Of a DNA stretch of 64,000 nucleotides, positions 15,957 through 26,400 are shown piece by piece. The stretch covers positions 15,800 through 79,799 of IMG/VR virus record IMGVR_UViG_3300019758_000009; one strand, given 5' to 3'. The stretch is from a virus. The notes below the pieces were generated by a model, which worked only from the letters and a program-made list of their open reading frames with translations, was not told the DNA's origin and did no database searches. How positions within the stretch are numbered: the first letter of the stretch is position 1; every line of letters begins with the position of its first letter. The position numbers and the translations under genes were made by a program.

Positions 15957-18887
15957 ATGAATTATGGAGTTAGCTATAAAATAGACATAAATGGCAGCGC
16001 TGCATCACGAGAGCTTACTAGCTTCTTAAAAACAGCAAACACCGTCATCCCAAAGGTGAATGGTAAGTTTGACAGTATGAATAAGAAGATTAGAAAGACA
16101 ATTGAAAATGTAGAAAAGCTGCAAAGAGAGCTAAAGGAACTTAGCAAAATAAAGATTGATCTGAACTCAAAGTCGGCAATTAGAGACATCAGGGAAATCA
16201 AAAGAGAGCTTGATAAGATTAGAAATAAAAGAGTAAGAGTAACCATTGATCAGAGAAATCAATCAGGGGGTAGATCTACTAGCTCAAGACCAAGAGGGGT
16301 ATCAGCTTCCAGGCCAACAGCTATGGGAAGAGCATTCTCTCCTACATCAATGATGTCCGCTGGAGGGATACCGTTCGCTACTACCATAGGAGCAGGTCTT
16401 ATCGGTATGGGATTACGTTCTGTAATATCAGAAGCTTCTCAGTTTCAACATACAATGGTAAGTGTTAACGCTATACTAAGAACAACAGATAAAGACGCCG
16501 CCACCTTTAACCAGAGATTTGAATCTATGTCCTCTAATATGAGGCAGTTAGGTGTAGATACAAAATTCTCAGCAGTGGAAATCGGCAACGCTTCCAGGTT
16601 CTTATCTATGGCAGGCATGGGCATCGCTCAAATCGATGGATCGATGAAGGCTATCACAAATATGGCGGCCATTGGAGACACCGACTTAGGGGCCATGGCT
16701 GATGTTGTGACAAACATAATGACCGGCTACGGTATAGGCCATGAAAGAATAAATGACGCCAGTGACTCTATGACCTCTATTACGTCACGAGCAAATGTAA
16801 ATATCATGGAAATGGGAGAGTCCATGAAGTACGCATCTAACTATATGCGTATGGCAGGTATAGATTTCAGTGAAGGAGCTGCAGCTGTAGGTGTTTTAGG
16901 TAATGCTGGTATGAAAGGAACTTTGGCTGGTACAGCACTTAGAGCTATGATAATCAGGTTAATAGCGCCAACCAAGAAAGCTCAGAAAGTAATCGACAGA
17001 TTAGGTGTATCCTTCACCAGAATGGTACCAGACGGCAAAGGAGGCATGAAAGAGGCAGTTAAACCGCTACATACAATATTTTCAGAGTTAAAAGGTGCTG
17101 GGGCATCTATGGAAGATCTGAAGTTAATATTTGACAAAATCGGTGGTGGTGGAGCTATGGCGCTTGTCAATAATCTAGACAAACTAAAAAGTCTTACCAC
17201 ATCCGCAAGCTTTGCTGGTGGAGAAGCTGATTTTCTAGCAGAAGAAAAAATGAAGACGGTAGTAGGTTTGAGTCAACAGATAAGATCTAAATTTTTGGAC
17301 TTAGGTCAAACGCTATTTGATAAATTATCACCTAAGCTGTCGCAAATGATGACAGACCTTCTTGGATGGCTAAAAGGAGATGATGCCAGTAAAATGTTCG
17401 ACTCTACAACAGAGGGGATAAGTGACTTGCTTGATGGACTCAAGAAAACCGCCATATTCGTAAAAGGTAATTGGCATTGGTTAAAATATGTTCTAGGCGG
17501 CATGGCCGTTAAAAGTATAGCTGGAAGAGTTATTGGCATGGGATCGTCTATGGTCGGAGGACTAAGGGGAACTGGCAGTATGCTGGGGTCTGTAGGCAGA
17601 TTCGCTTTAGGTAGATCAGGAGCTGCTGCAGGAGCAGGTATAGCTGGTAGAGGCTTAGGAATGCTAGGTGGATTAAGTTCAGCAGGAGGAGCAGCAGCGA
17701 CAAGTGTTGGGGCCATGGCAGCGTCTTTAACTGCCTTAGTTGCAGGAGGAGCTATTGTTGCAGGAGTAGGAGCTATAGCTTATGCTGTATGGGATGTACA
17801 TAAAGCTTCGCAGGCAGTACAAGAGTCAAGGTCTGCAGTAGCTGATTGGTCTATGAAAACAGTAGGGGCCAACACGGAGTCCTTAGACATCATCCAGCAA
17901 AAACTAAACGGTATATATTACACCCAGAATAAAATATCTGGAGAGAAAAAAACTACCACTAAATCGTTCGGACAGACCAAATGGGACCAGTCAATCAAAG
18001 GTTGGAGAAAAACCAATAAGTGGTCATGGTTACCATGGGCATCTGGGGATGAAAGGAACAAAGATTTAACTGGCACTGTTAAGGATTTAGCTATATCCGG
18101 CAAAAGGGGCGAGCAGATCCGCAATATCTGGAAAGACGCTATGACAGGTGGCCCTGGAGGTATCAACGCTAACATCCAGAGAATAATGTCACTGAGAGGA
18201 CAATATGCCTCTATGAGTCAAGGAAAAACTCCATTATCAAGTATGATGGAAACAGGTATATATGGCGGGGGAAAGGGATACAACCAAGTCCTCCAGTCTA
18301 GAGATGCCTATCAGTCATTAATTGGTTTTGCGGACACAATGATCGATCAACTACAAAGCATGAGCAATGCTCTAGGCTTTGAAGGGAAAGGTCAAAATAT
18401 ACATGTCTTAAAGTCACTAGACGCCTTACTTGGAGGCAAGATGAACTTAGGTGGCTTTATAGAGGATATGAAAACCGGCAGATATACAACTGGCGAGGAC
18501 ATAAAAAACAGACTTGGAGTCAACAAACTAAGTGTTTCTGGTATCAAAACGACTCTGGCCAGCATGGGTATAGGGTCAGGTATGATAGACACGATAATAC
18601 AAAAATCAGGCCTGCTACCATCCGTAAATACAAACATAAAGGGTGAGTCAGATATCAAAAAACTTACCAACGAAAGGGGCGTAGATGACCTGGATGGAGG
18701 CATAGGAGGTTTAAGTGGTACCGGAAGAACGGGTAACAAAACCGGCAAGATGCTTATAGTAAATATAGACAGCTTGATGAATGTTGAAAATGCCAACTTC
18801 GCGAACGAAGAAGACATGGACTCTATGAAGGAGAAAATGGCTCAAGCATTAATGGATGTAGTAAAAGATTTTGAAATAGGTTACTAA
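15957..18887 (+). CDS. Tape measure protein (TP901-type core)
   Basis: TKFSAVEI, LSMAG, MGESMKYA, LGNAGMKGTLAGTALR and a Gly/Ala-rich hydrophobic segment. Confidence 0.92.
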   Translation: MNYGVSYKIDINGSAASRELTSFLKTANTVIPKVNGKFDSMNKKIRKTIENVEKLQRELKELSKIKIDLNSKSAIRDIREIKRELDKIRNKRVRVTIDQRNQSGGRSTSSRPRGVSASRPTAMGRAFSPTSMMSAGGIPFATTIGAGLIGMGLRSVISEASQFQHTMVSVNAILRTTDKDAATFNQRFESMSSNMRQLGVDTKFSAVEIGNASRFLSMAGMGIAQIDGSMKAITNMAAIGDTDLGAMADVVTNIMTGYGIGHERINDASDSMTSITSRANVNIMEMGESMKYASNYMRMAGIDFSEGAAAVGVLGNAGMKGTLAGTALRAMIIRLIAPTKKAQKVIDRLGVSFTRMVPDGKGGMKEAVKPLHTIFSELKGAGASMEDLKLIFDKIGGGGAMALVNNLDKLKSLTTSASFAGGEADFLAEEKMKTVVGLSQQIRSKFLDLGQTLFDKLSPKLSQMMTDLLGWLKGDDASKMFDSTTEGISDLLDGLKKTAIFVKGNWHWLKYVLGGMAVKSIAGRVIGMGSSMVGGLRGTGSMLGSVGRFALGRSGAAAGAGIAGRGLGMLGGLSSAGGAAATSVGAMAASLTALVAGGAIVAGVGAIAYAVWDVHKASQAVQESRSAVADWSMKTVGANTESLDIIQQKLNGIYYTQNKISGEKKTTTKSFGQTKWDQSIKGWRKTNKWSWLPWASGDERNKDLTGTVKDLAISGKRGEQIRNIWKDAMTGGPGGINANIQRIMSLRGQYASMSQGKTPLSSMMETGIYGGGKGYNQVLQSRDAYQSLIGFADTMIDQLQSMSNALGFEGKGQNIHVLKSLDALLGGKMNLGGFIEDMKTGRYTTGEDIKNRLGVNKLSVSGIKTTLASMGIGSGMIDTIIQKSGLLPSVNTNIKGESDIKKLTNERGVDDLDGGIGGLSGTGRTGNKTGKMLIVNIDSLMNVENANFANEEDMDSMKEKMAQALMDVVKDFEIGY

Positions 18888-18897
18888 TAATTAACAT

Positions 18898-19770
18898 ATG
18901 GGAAGATTTAAAATTGATACCGCTAACCCTCTGTCTTTAAAGCAGGGGGTTAGACAAATAAAGCTTATAAAATCAGCTGGGCTAGGCTCTGTCAAATCGC
19001 AGGTACGGAAACTCGTATCTGGAGACATCTCCCCAGCTGATTTAATGGATCCAGGAAAGTATATATCTGACAAAAGTAAGATAGCTACCTTACTGGGTAG
19101 GTCAGACGAAAGACAGAGACCGAGGTATTTCACGCATTTTGGTGCTGGAGTCACAGATTATTTGGTTCTTAGCTTAAAATATGTAGTAGAAACAGTTACT
19201 GAGGTGCCTGTACAGAATGAACTGGTTATGGGTAGTGAAAACTTAGACCCAGACCCATTTCTTAGCGAGACAGAACAAACAGTTACAAAAACAGAAGGGA
19301 TAGATTCTTTTGTTGATTTATCGGCAACCGTAGCTATTTCTAAGAAGAAGAACGTACTCATGACAACAGTAGCGGGTAGGGATCGGTCCAGAAAAGAGTA
19401 TATATCATCAGGTGATTTTATTGTAGATATCGAAGGAGTGATAGCCAGCAAACTTCCAGAGCAGTATCCAGAGGATGAAGTGGAGATGTTGATCAAGATG
19501 CTAGAATCCAAAGAGACCCTATCTGTAGAGAATCCCCTGTTGAATAGATTCGGGATAAACGGATTGATAATTCTAGACTACAAAATACCGCAAGGTAGAG
19601 CTACAAAAAATACCCAAGTATACCAAATCAAAGCTGTTTATGAGCCACCTATTGAATTCTTAGAGGCTGAAGCCGTTGATAATTCAACTAAATTACAAAA
19701 AAGACTCAAAGCAATCAATGAGTGGGTAGCCCTGGATAACTTAACAACCGGAGCTGCATCTAGAATATAA
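18898..19770 (+). CDS. Tail/baseplate tube initiator (DUF6046-like)
   Basis: KNVLMTTVAGRDRSRKEYISSGD..I.G, YPEDEV and LNRFGI. Confidence 0.7.
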   Translation: MGRFKIDTANPLSLKQGVRQIKLIKSAGLGSVKSQVRKLVSGDISPADLMDPGKYISDKSKIATLLGRSDERQRPRYFTHFGAGVTDYLVLSLKYVVETVTEVPVQNELVMGSENLDPDPFLSETEQTVTKTEGIDSFVDLSATVAISKKKNVLMTTVAGRDRSRKEYISSGDFIVDIEGVIASKLPEQYPEDEVEMLIKMLESKETLSVENPLLNRFGINGLIILDYKIPQGRATKNTQVYQIKAVYEPPIEFLEAEAVDNSTKLQKRLKAINEWVALDNLTTGAASRI

Positions 19771-21086
19771 TGGAAGAAAATCAAGTTTTTAGCTACAATG
19801 TACTAACATGCAAAATTCAAATAGGGGATTTCGATTTGAATGCAGATAGGTACATCAACACAAAATATATCTTTACAGAACTTGTGAATGTAAAGATAAG
19901 GGACTCTTACGAGACATTGACAAATACAGCTGACATCACCCTCCCCAGAGATATACTTCTATCCCTGGGAGAGAAGTCAGACGATGGCTTCAGAGAGAAT
20001 TCAGTGCTGTATGACGCTTCTTCTATAATACAGAAAGGGCAGAGGATATCTATATTCTTAGGGTACGACGACAACGACAAACTAATGTTCGATGGCTTCG
20101 TAACATCGATAGAGGCTAAGTCTCCATTTGTTCTTCATTGCGAAGACTTTGGGTACAATCTAAAGAAAACATCCATACCAAGACTTGTGACATCTAAAAG
20201 TGGCACATATATTAACGATATCCTCCCAGATATCCTGGAACCGACAGGAGTTACGCTTCACCCTTCCACAGTAGATATGAATATCAAGATAGGTCAAGTA
20301 AATATAGAAAAAGCAAAATCGCTAAGCGAGATACTGGAGCAATGGAAAAGAAATTATGGGCTTATGTCTTTTATAAAATTCCACAATTCTAAACCATGCC
20401 TGGCTTTATCTAGAACGTATTTTTCTACGAATGAAGACAAAACACTGATAGATGGAGATTCAAGCATACCGTCACTTATAGACTTTCAAGACAATGTAGC
20501 TAATGACAAACTGAAGTTTTCATATCTTGATTATGATACATTGGCACTAGAAGCGACAACTCTATACCCAGAAAATAACAGTAGATTAAGACTTACTCTT
20601 ATCACGAATAAGTCATACGCAAAAGAAAAGGCTAAATGGGATAACCTAAGTGATTCAGAGAAGGCCGGCACTCCACCGCCTGATGAATATGAGATAGTCA
20701 ATGAAAGTACTATAAGTAAAAAAGAAGCAAAGAAGAACTTTAAGGCCGCCATGAGTATAAAGGATAACATTGCCAATGTAAAAAACATCCAAGATAGATT
20801 CAATCTTGCTGAATACAACGTGAGAACTTATCACGAGTTTAACGTTGACAGAGATACCCTTATAGCTAATGCAAAAGCTAAGTTTACAGAGATCTCGCAA
20901 ACAGGGATTGATGGCACCGTCACTATCTTTGGCGACTACGGCTTAAGGTCGTCATCTATGGTCAGACTTTACGACAGGAGATCACCAGAGAAAAATGGCG
21001 TGTATATATCAAGCGAGGTAATCACAACTTTCGGTACAAAAGGATACAGGCAAGAATTGAAAATACCGCATAAAAGAGGAGACTAA
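19770..21086 (+). CDS. Baseplate hub protein (gpD/gp44-like)
   Basis: LT.TA.I.LP, I.LGY...FDGFV, CED..Y.LK, G..T.FG and G.Y...V...FG..GYRQ. Confidence 0.75.
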   Translation: MEENQVFSYNVLTCKIQIGDFDLNADRYINTKYIFTELVNVKIRDSYETLTNTADITLPRDILLSLGEKSDDGFRENSVLYDASSIIQKGQRISIFLGYDDNDKLMFDGFVTSIEAKSPFVLHCEDFGYNLKKTSIPRLVTSKSGTYINDILPDILEPTGVTLHPSTVDMNIKIGQVNIEKAKSLSEILEQWKRNYGLMSFIKFHNSKPCLALSRTYFSTNEDKTLIDGDSSIPSLIDFQDNVANDKLKFSYLDYDTLALEATTLYPENNSRLRLTLITNKSYAKEKAKWDNLSDSEKAGTPPPDEYEIVNESTISKKEAKKNFKAAMSIKDNIANVKNIQDRFNLAEYNVRTYHEFNVDRDTLIANAKAKFTEISQTGIDGTVTIFGDYGLRSSSMVRLYDRRSPEKNGVYISSEVITTFGTKGYRQELKIPHKRGD

Positions 21087-21088
21087 AA

Positions 21089-21928
21089 ATGGACAATAAC
21101 GCTAAAATCAAACAGGCAATCAGAAAAATTTCAGCTGCTGGAGAGATAAAGGCCATTCAAATACTAACCGGATATGTTACCACAGTATATCCGGTTGGAG
21201 ATGAAAAATATGGCCTTGTTGACTTCGCTAGTCTGGATGGGTCTAGATATATAACAGGAGTATCATTATCATCAATTGATAATAACTCAAGAGGGGATAT
21301 AACCTTGCCAGCTGAAGATTCAGAGATCACTATTATGGTCTTGAATAATGTAGACGCTTACGTACTGTTATACACACATATAGACACTAGGCTGATAGAT
21401 GTAAATAGTTCATTTAAGGTCATAGCTACAGGTGTAAAACCGATGGATGACAACACAGACTATGACGAAGTAGAAGTCACTGGAGAGTCATCATTTACAG
21501 AGCATACGCCTACAGGTATATCGTCAAGCGTAATAGATGTTTCTGGAAGTAACGATAAAATAAATGCCAGCATAAAAACATCATCATCATCCAGTAATAC
21601 TGTAACCGACAACGGCACAGGCAAAAGTACAGCTATAACACAAACACCTGATGATGTAATGATAACGTCAGGCAATGTAACCTTTAAACAGACAGAGACA
21701 GGAACAGAAGTTGTAGCCCCTCAAATAAAGCTAGGGAATGGAAATGCATCAGAAAAAGCTGTTCTCGGGAATGTACTGAAAACAGTACTCGGGGATTTTA
21801 TTGATCAGGTAGCTCAAATAAAAACTACCACAGCAATAGGTCCTCAGCCAATACTTAATATTCCAACAGTTATGGCCTTGAAGAGTAGGCTAGATACAAT
21901 ATTATCACAAGTAAACCTAATCGAATAA
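21089..21928 (+). CDS. Baseplate central spike (gpV-like)
   Basis: OB-fold-like N-terminus, beta-rich repeats and C-terminal A.E.AVLG..L...TT..GP. Confidence 0.65.
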   Translation: MDNNAKIKQAIRKISAAGEIKAIQILTGYVTTVYPVGDEKYGLVDFASLDGSRYITGVSLSSIDNNSRGDITLPAEDSEITIMVLNNVDAYVLLYTHIDTRLIDVNSSFKVIATGVKPMDDNTDYDEVEVTGESSFTEHTPTGISSSVIDVSGSNDKINASIKTSSSSSNTVTDNGTGKSTAITQTPDDVMITSGNVTFKQTETGTEVVAPQIKLGNGNASEKAVLGNVLKTVLGDFIDQVAQIKTTTAIGPQPILNIPTVMALKSRLDTILSQVNLIE

Positions 21929-21929
21929 T

Positions 21930-23435
21930 ATGGCAACACTACAAGAGAACATAGATGCTATGGATTTAGCGTTTTCTACGCACATGAAGAATAAAAACCC
22001 TGGCGTAGATACAGCTACAATTCAAAATATTGAAGACTTCTCATTAGCCTACGCTACAGCCATAGCTAATGCCATTGGAGCCGGAAGCTCTGGGGATACA
22101 GGTGTCTCTGGTGATTACGTAAAAAAGACAGGAGGGGCTGACGGCGTTATGGCCGGCAGCCTAAGCGCTAACTTTGGATTCAAAGCCGGATGGAATGCCA
22201 CTAACCAGATAGACACAACTATAAATGGGTTAATGCTAAACGGAGCGATAGATCACCAGACAGGCGTATTTAAGGGGCACGGAAAAGAATTGATTGAACA
22301 CAGCTCATTATGGGTAAATATAAACGGTAACGACGAATTCACTTCCGGAGTTACATTAGGGGGCGCTGAGACAAAAGTAAAGACTAGGTTACTCGTAGGG
22401 CAATCCCCAAGCACGGGACTAGTCGCCGATGGCTCGATCTTAAACTATAAAAATTTCGCCATTTACCATGCTGGTAATTCCAATAAATCAGACGTAAACT
22501 GGAGTATGCGCGACGCCGTTGTGTCTGCCACCTTAAGTGTCTCTGGTATATCATCTTTTACAGGGGGTGTATCTGCCAATAGCGGTTTTAGCGCCGGTGT
22601 TTCGGGAGCGAAAAGCTTAGAGGTATTAGCTGATGGTGTAAATATCTACAACGATATCATACTTTCCAGCAACAAAGGTATAAAAAGCGGCTTTAATAAC
22701 GATTACATACTCAAAGACTTTAATGATGGCAATGTAGGGGTATCGGCCGCAGGGGAAAATATTATACTCGGCTATTCAAATACAAAGAAAATAACTCTAT
22801 CTACCGACATATACAATAACAACGGTTCAAGATTACTAATAGATAAGTTCGGGGTAGGTAGCTTCCTATGGGGATTTAATGCCGGATATGAGGGAAACAA
22901 ATGGTTTGAGACCACCCAGTTAGGAGCTCAAGTCAATGGTAAGTTGTTTTTCAATGACACTAACTCATACATACAAGAAGGAGCTGGTAATTCCATGAGA
23001 TTCAGTACTGCGCATGGGTATGTAGATATAGGACCCAAAAATACCGCGTATGCACACATAGAAACGGACAGAGGTAAATTCTTCTTTAACAAAAATACCG
23101 AGACTAATGGAACTGTAGGTATATACAATTCAGAAACCCATTTAGCTAACGGGAAGCTATTCTTAACTGCAAGCAATTACCTATTGAACACCACAGACGG
23201 CATAGCTCACTACGGTAATTCATACATCAAAGGAAGTATTGGGACATCCTCTTTTTCTACAGGATTTTCCGGTAACGGGTGGCAAATAACGCAAAACGCT
23301 GAAGCCACATTCACTGACCTTACAGTAAGAAATAAATTACATGTGTATGAATTCGAAGTACAGAAAATAACAGCCGTCAATGGATCATTCTGGGTATCAG
23401 CTAATTGCTCTGGATCTACAGTAACAAAACTTTAA
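21930..23435 (+). CDS. Tail fibre / baseplate-associated protein
   Basis: Gly/Asn/Ser-rich. It has YHAGN and GYVDIGPKN..YAH..TDR fibre motifs, and C-terminal F.G.GW...F..L.VR....YE. Confidence 0.65.
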   Translation: MATLQENIDAMDLAFSTHMKNKNPGVDTATIQNIEDFSLAYATAIANAIGAGSSGDTGVSGDYVKKTGGADGVMAGSLSANFGFKAGWNATNQIDTTINGLMLNGAIDHQTGVFKGHGKELIEHSSLWVNINGNDEFTSGVTLGGAETKVKTRLLVGQSPSTGLVADGSILNYKNFAIYHAGNSNKSDVNWSMRDAVVSATLSVSGISSFTGGVSANSGFSAGVSGAKSLEVLADGVNIYNDIILSSNKGIKSGFNNDYILKDFNDGNVGVSAAGENIILGYSNTKKITLSTDIYNNNGSRLLIDKFGVGSFLWGFNAGYEGNKWFETTQLGAQVNGKLFFNDTNSYIQEGAGNSMRFSTAHGYVDIGPKNTAYAHIETDRGKFFFNKNTETNGTVGIYNSETHLANGKLFLTASNYLLNTTDGIAHYGNSYIKGSIGTSSFSTGFSGNGWQITQNAEATFTDLTVRNKLHVYEFEVQKITAVNGSFWVSANCSGSTVTKL

Positions 23436-23444
23436 ATAAATTGT

Positions 23445-26400
23445 ATGGCACTAATAACATCAGACAGATTTAAAATAGCGATAGGCCCTGACTCTAACAA
23501 AGTTCAGGGCCTACACGTTGGCGATGTAGTATTGCGTAAATATTACAATAACACCACGCAATTCTATTCTTTATTAATAGTAGACGAGATCGGCACCAAC
23601 CCAACCGAAGGAGATTTCTTTATAGGTAAACTAATAGATGGCATGGAGCCTGGAGCTACTGGTACTGAGCTACTAGATTTTGTTAGAGTTACTAGCGTGA
23701 TGGATACAGATAGAATGGGGGCCCTGTATATGACGGGATCGGAATCTAATGCTCCATTTTTGGATGTAGTAGATAATCTTGGTAGAGACGCCTCTGTGTT
23801 CTGGCCAGAAGGAAAAGATGAAAATGTTGGCTATTTTATGCCGGATAACGCGTACGCTTCTAGCTACTACAACTCAACAGATAGGCACTTTTATATCATC
23901 AAAACATCAGCCACTCCAGATTCTAATTCGATTCAGGTAAAAATGAAACTTGAAGACAAACTATCTGTAGGTACAAAATATTTGATATCATACAAATATC
24001 TATGTACAACCCCAGCCAGTATTACATCAAGGATATCAAACAGCGACTCCAGTCAGCCAAGCGCTATGTGGACAGACGACTACATTAACGAATGGAAGTA
24101 TAAGGCAGAAGTCTTTGAATGTACATATGTAGGGGCTGATACGCATTTTATATTATCTACGGGAACAGCAGGCGTGGGTAGCAGACTATCGATATCAGAC
24201 TTTAATATCATACCAGTTGATTCATTGATTAACAGGAAGTCCGATTTAAAATCAAGAATAGGCAAGCTGTACGGCGTCAATGACAATGTGTTCGGGGAAA
24301 TACAAGGGTACGGCGGTTATTTTAAAAGATTATACGCTACTCAAGATGTAAATATAGCCGGCACACTAACGGCTGGCGATGCAAATGGTTTTGGTAACAC
24401 ATTTATGGCCGGTAGAATTAGAAAAAACTTACTAGCTAACAGCGAGACAGTGTTAGGGGCTGGAGTCAGAGCTGTTGGCGCTGTAATAAACACTAAAGCT
24501 CCCACAAAACTAACCGATAACGCAACCAGGTATACAATATCTACGGGAACGTCATCCCCACAGATAACAACCACCGCTGAAATACAGGCAGGAAAAACAT
24601 ACACTTTTTCAGTATGGATAAAGCCATCCTCTTCTTTAGGTGTAAGCTGTGATAGGTTTAAAGTTATATTTCACGCCCCACCCTTAAAAGGTCTTTACGA
24701 TTCTAATTACAAGATATCTAGTGGAGATTTAAAATTTGAAGAATGGTCCCGTATCTCCGTTACAGGAACATTCTCAGGAACAGGAATCCATCCAGCTCAA
24801 TGTATAATAGATATCGATAGATTAGCCGCGGAGAATGGAACCATAGATGTATGGGGTTGGCAAGTCGAAGAAGGTGACCTTGCTACGTCATACCAAAAAA
24901 CAGACAACGTTATATCATCAAGTGATGATTACGGAATGTGGGCCAACAGAGGTGGTTTTGGAGGTACCATGCAAAACCCGTTACTGAAGCTAAATAGTGA
25001 CGGAACAATAATTGGTGGTGATAATAAATTGATACTAAGGCCTGACGGGTCAGCCGAGTTTAATGGAGAGGTAGTTATAAAGGATTCTTTAGGTAATCCT
25101 ATGGATGTTGAGGCGGTCATGGATAGCAAGATATCGACGTATGATACTAGCCTTGGAGCTTTAGCCAAAAAGGATTCAGTAACAGAAGCTTTTATCGATA
25201 ACAATGCTATATCATTATCTAAATTGGGAGTCACTGTAATTTCCGGGGGCAAGATAAAAACAGACATCCTGAACGCAGTAGAAATCCAGACAGCTACAGT
25301 AACAGCCGCCAAAATAAATGGATTAACATGTACTTTTGGCCAAGGAACAATAGGAGGGTGGGATATATCTCCTACCAGCTTATCTAAGGGCAATATCGTT
25401 ATATCAAGTGATGGCGAAATAAGGAACACAACTGGGGCTTGGATGTTCAGGAATTTAGGCTCAGGAATTATCGCTAATGGTAATATATCATGGGACAACG
25501 CCGGCAATGTAACCTTTACGGATGCTGTAAAACTAAACTGGGCTAATTCAGCCAATGGTATAGAATTCAGATACATAAGAGATTGGCAGAATGGATCTAC
25601 AGTTAATACCGGTAACTACTGGTACAATGTAAGTGTATTTTCTGGCTCAGAAGACATAGCAATAGGGGCAACCATTATCGCTAGTGCCACGAGCGGTAAT
25701 CTGGAAAGAATAGTTGACGGAGTAACAGATGGGAGCACGGGGTACGGGGGTATGCCAGGAATAACTAAGCCGGAATACATCCAAATAGATTTAGGCTCTA
25801 TCCGCAAAGATATCGACTACATCCAGCTATATCCATACTTTAATGACGGCAGGACATTTCACGATACCAAAACTGAAGTATCTAAAGATGGCGTTACATG
25901 GGTGACTGTTTTAGATAGTAAAGTTAGCGGCACATGGGCTACATCACCTCTTGGCAAGCGCATATCTATAAATGATAATAGCAGATTAACTAAAATAACA
26001 AACGCAGGAATATATACTGGGTCAATCACAGCTGACCAAGTAAATGCAGCCAGAGTCACTGTGCTAGGTGATGTTACTGCAGGATCTTTTAATATTGGGA
26101 CAGGGAAGTTTTCTGTGACAAGCGAAGGAGCCTTAACGGCATCTGGCGCTGATATATCTGGAAAGATAACAGCATCAAGCGGTAAAATAGCTAATTGGAA
26201 TATCTTAGATAACGAACTAAGGTATGAGGATAACTCAGACGGTCTAGGGGTAAGGAGGATATCATTAAAAGCCGTACCTCCAGGCCAGCCAGTGTCCGGC
26301 ACGGGGGGCGCTGGGTTGTCGTTTTACAGTGGCGCACCAGCACCGGGTATGAGAGCTATGCAGGTAGGCCAGGTATGTAATAAGGGCACTTTTGGCAATT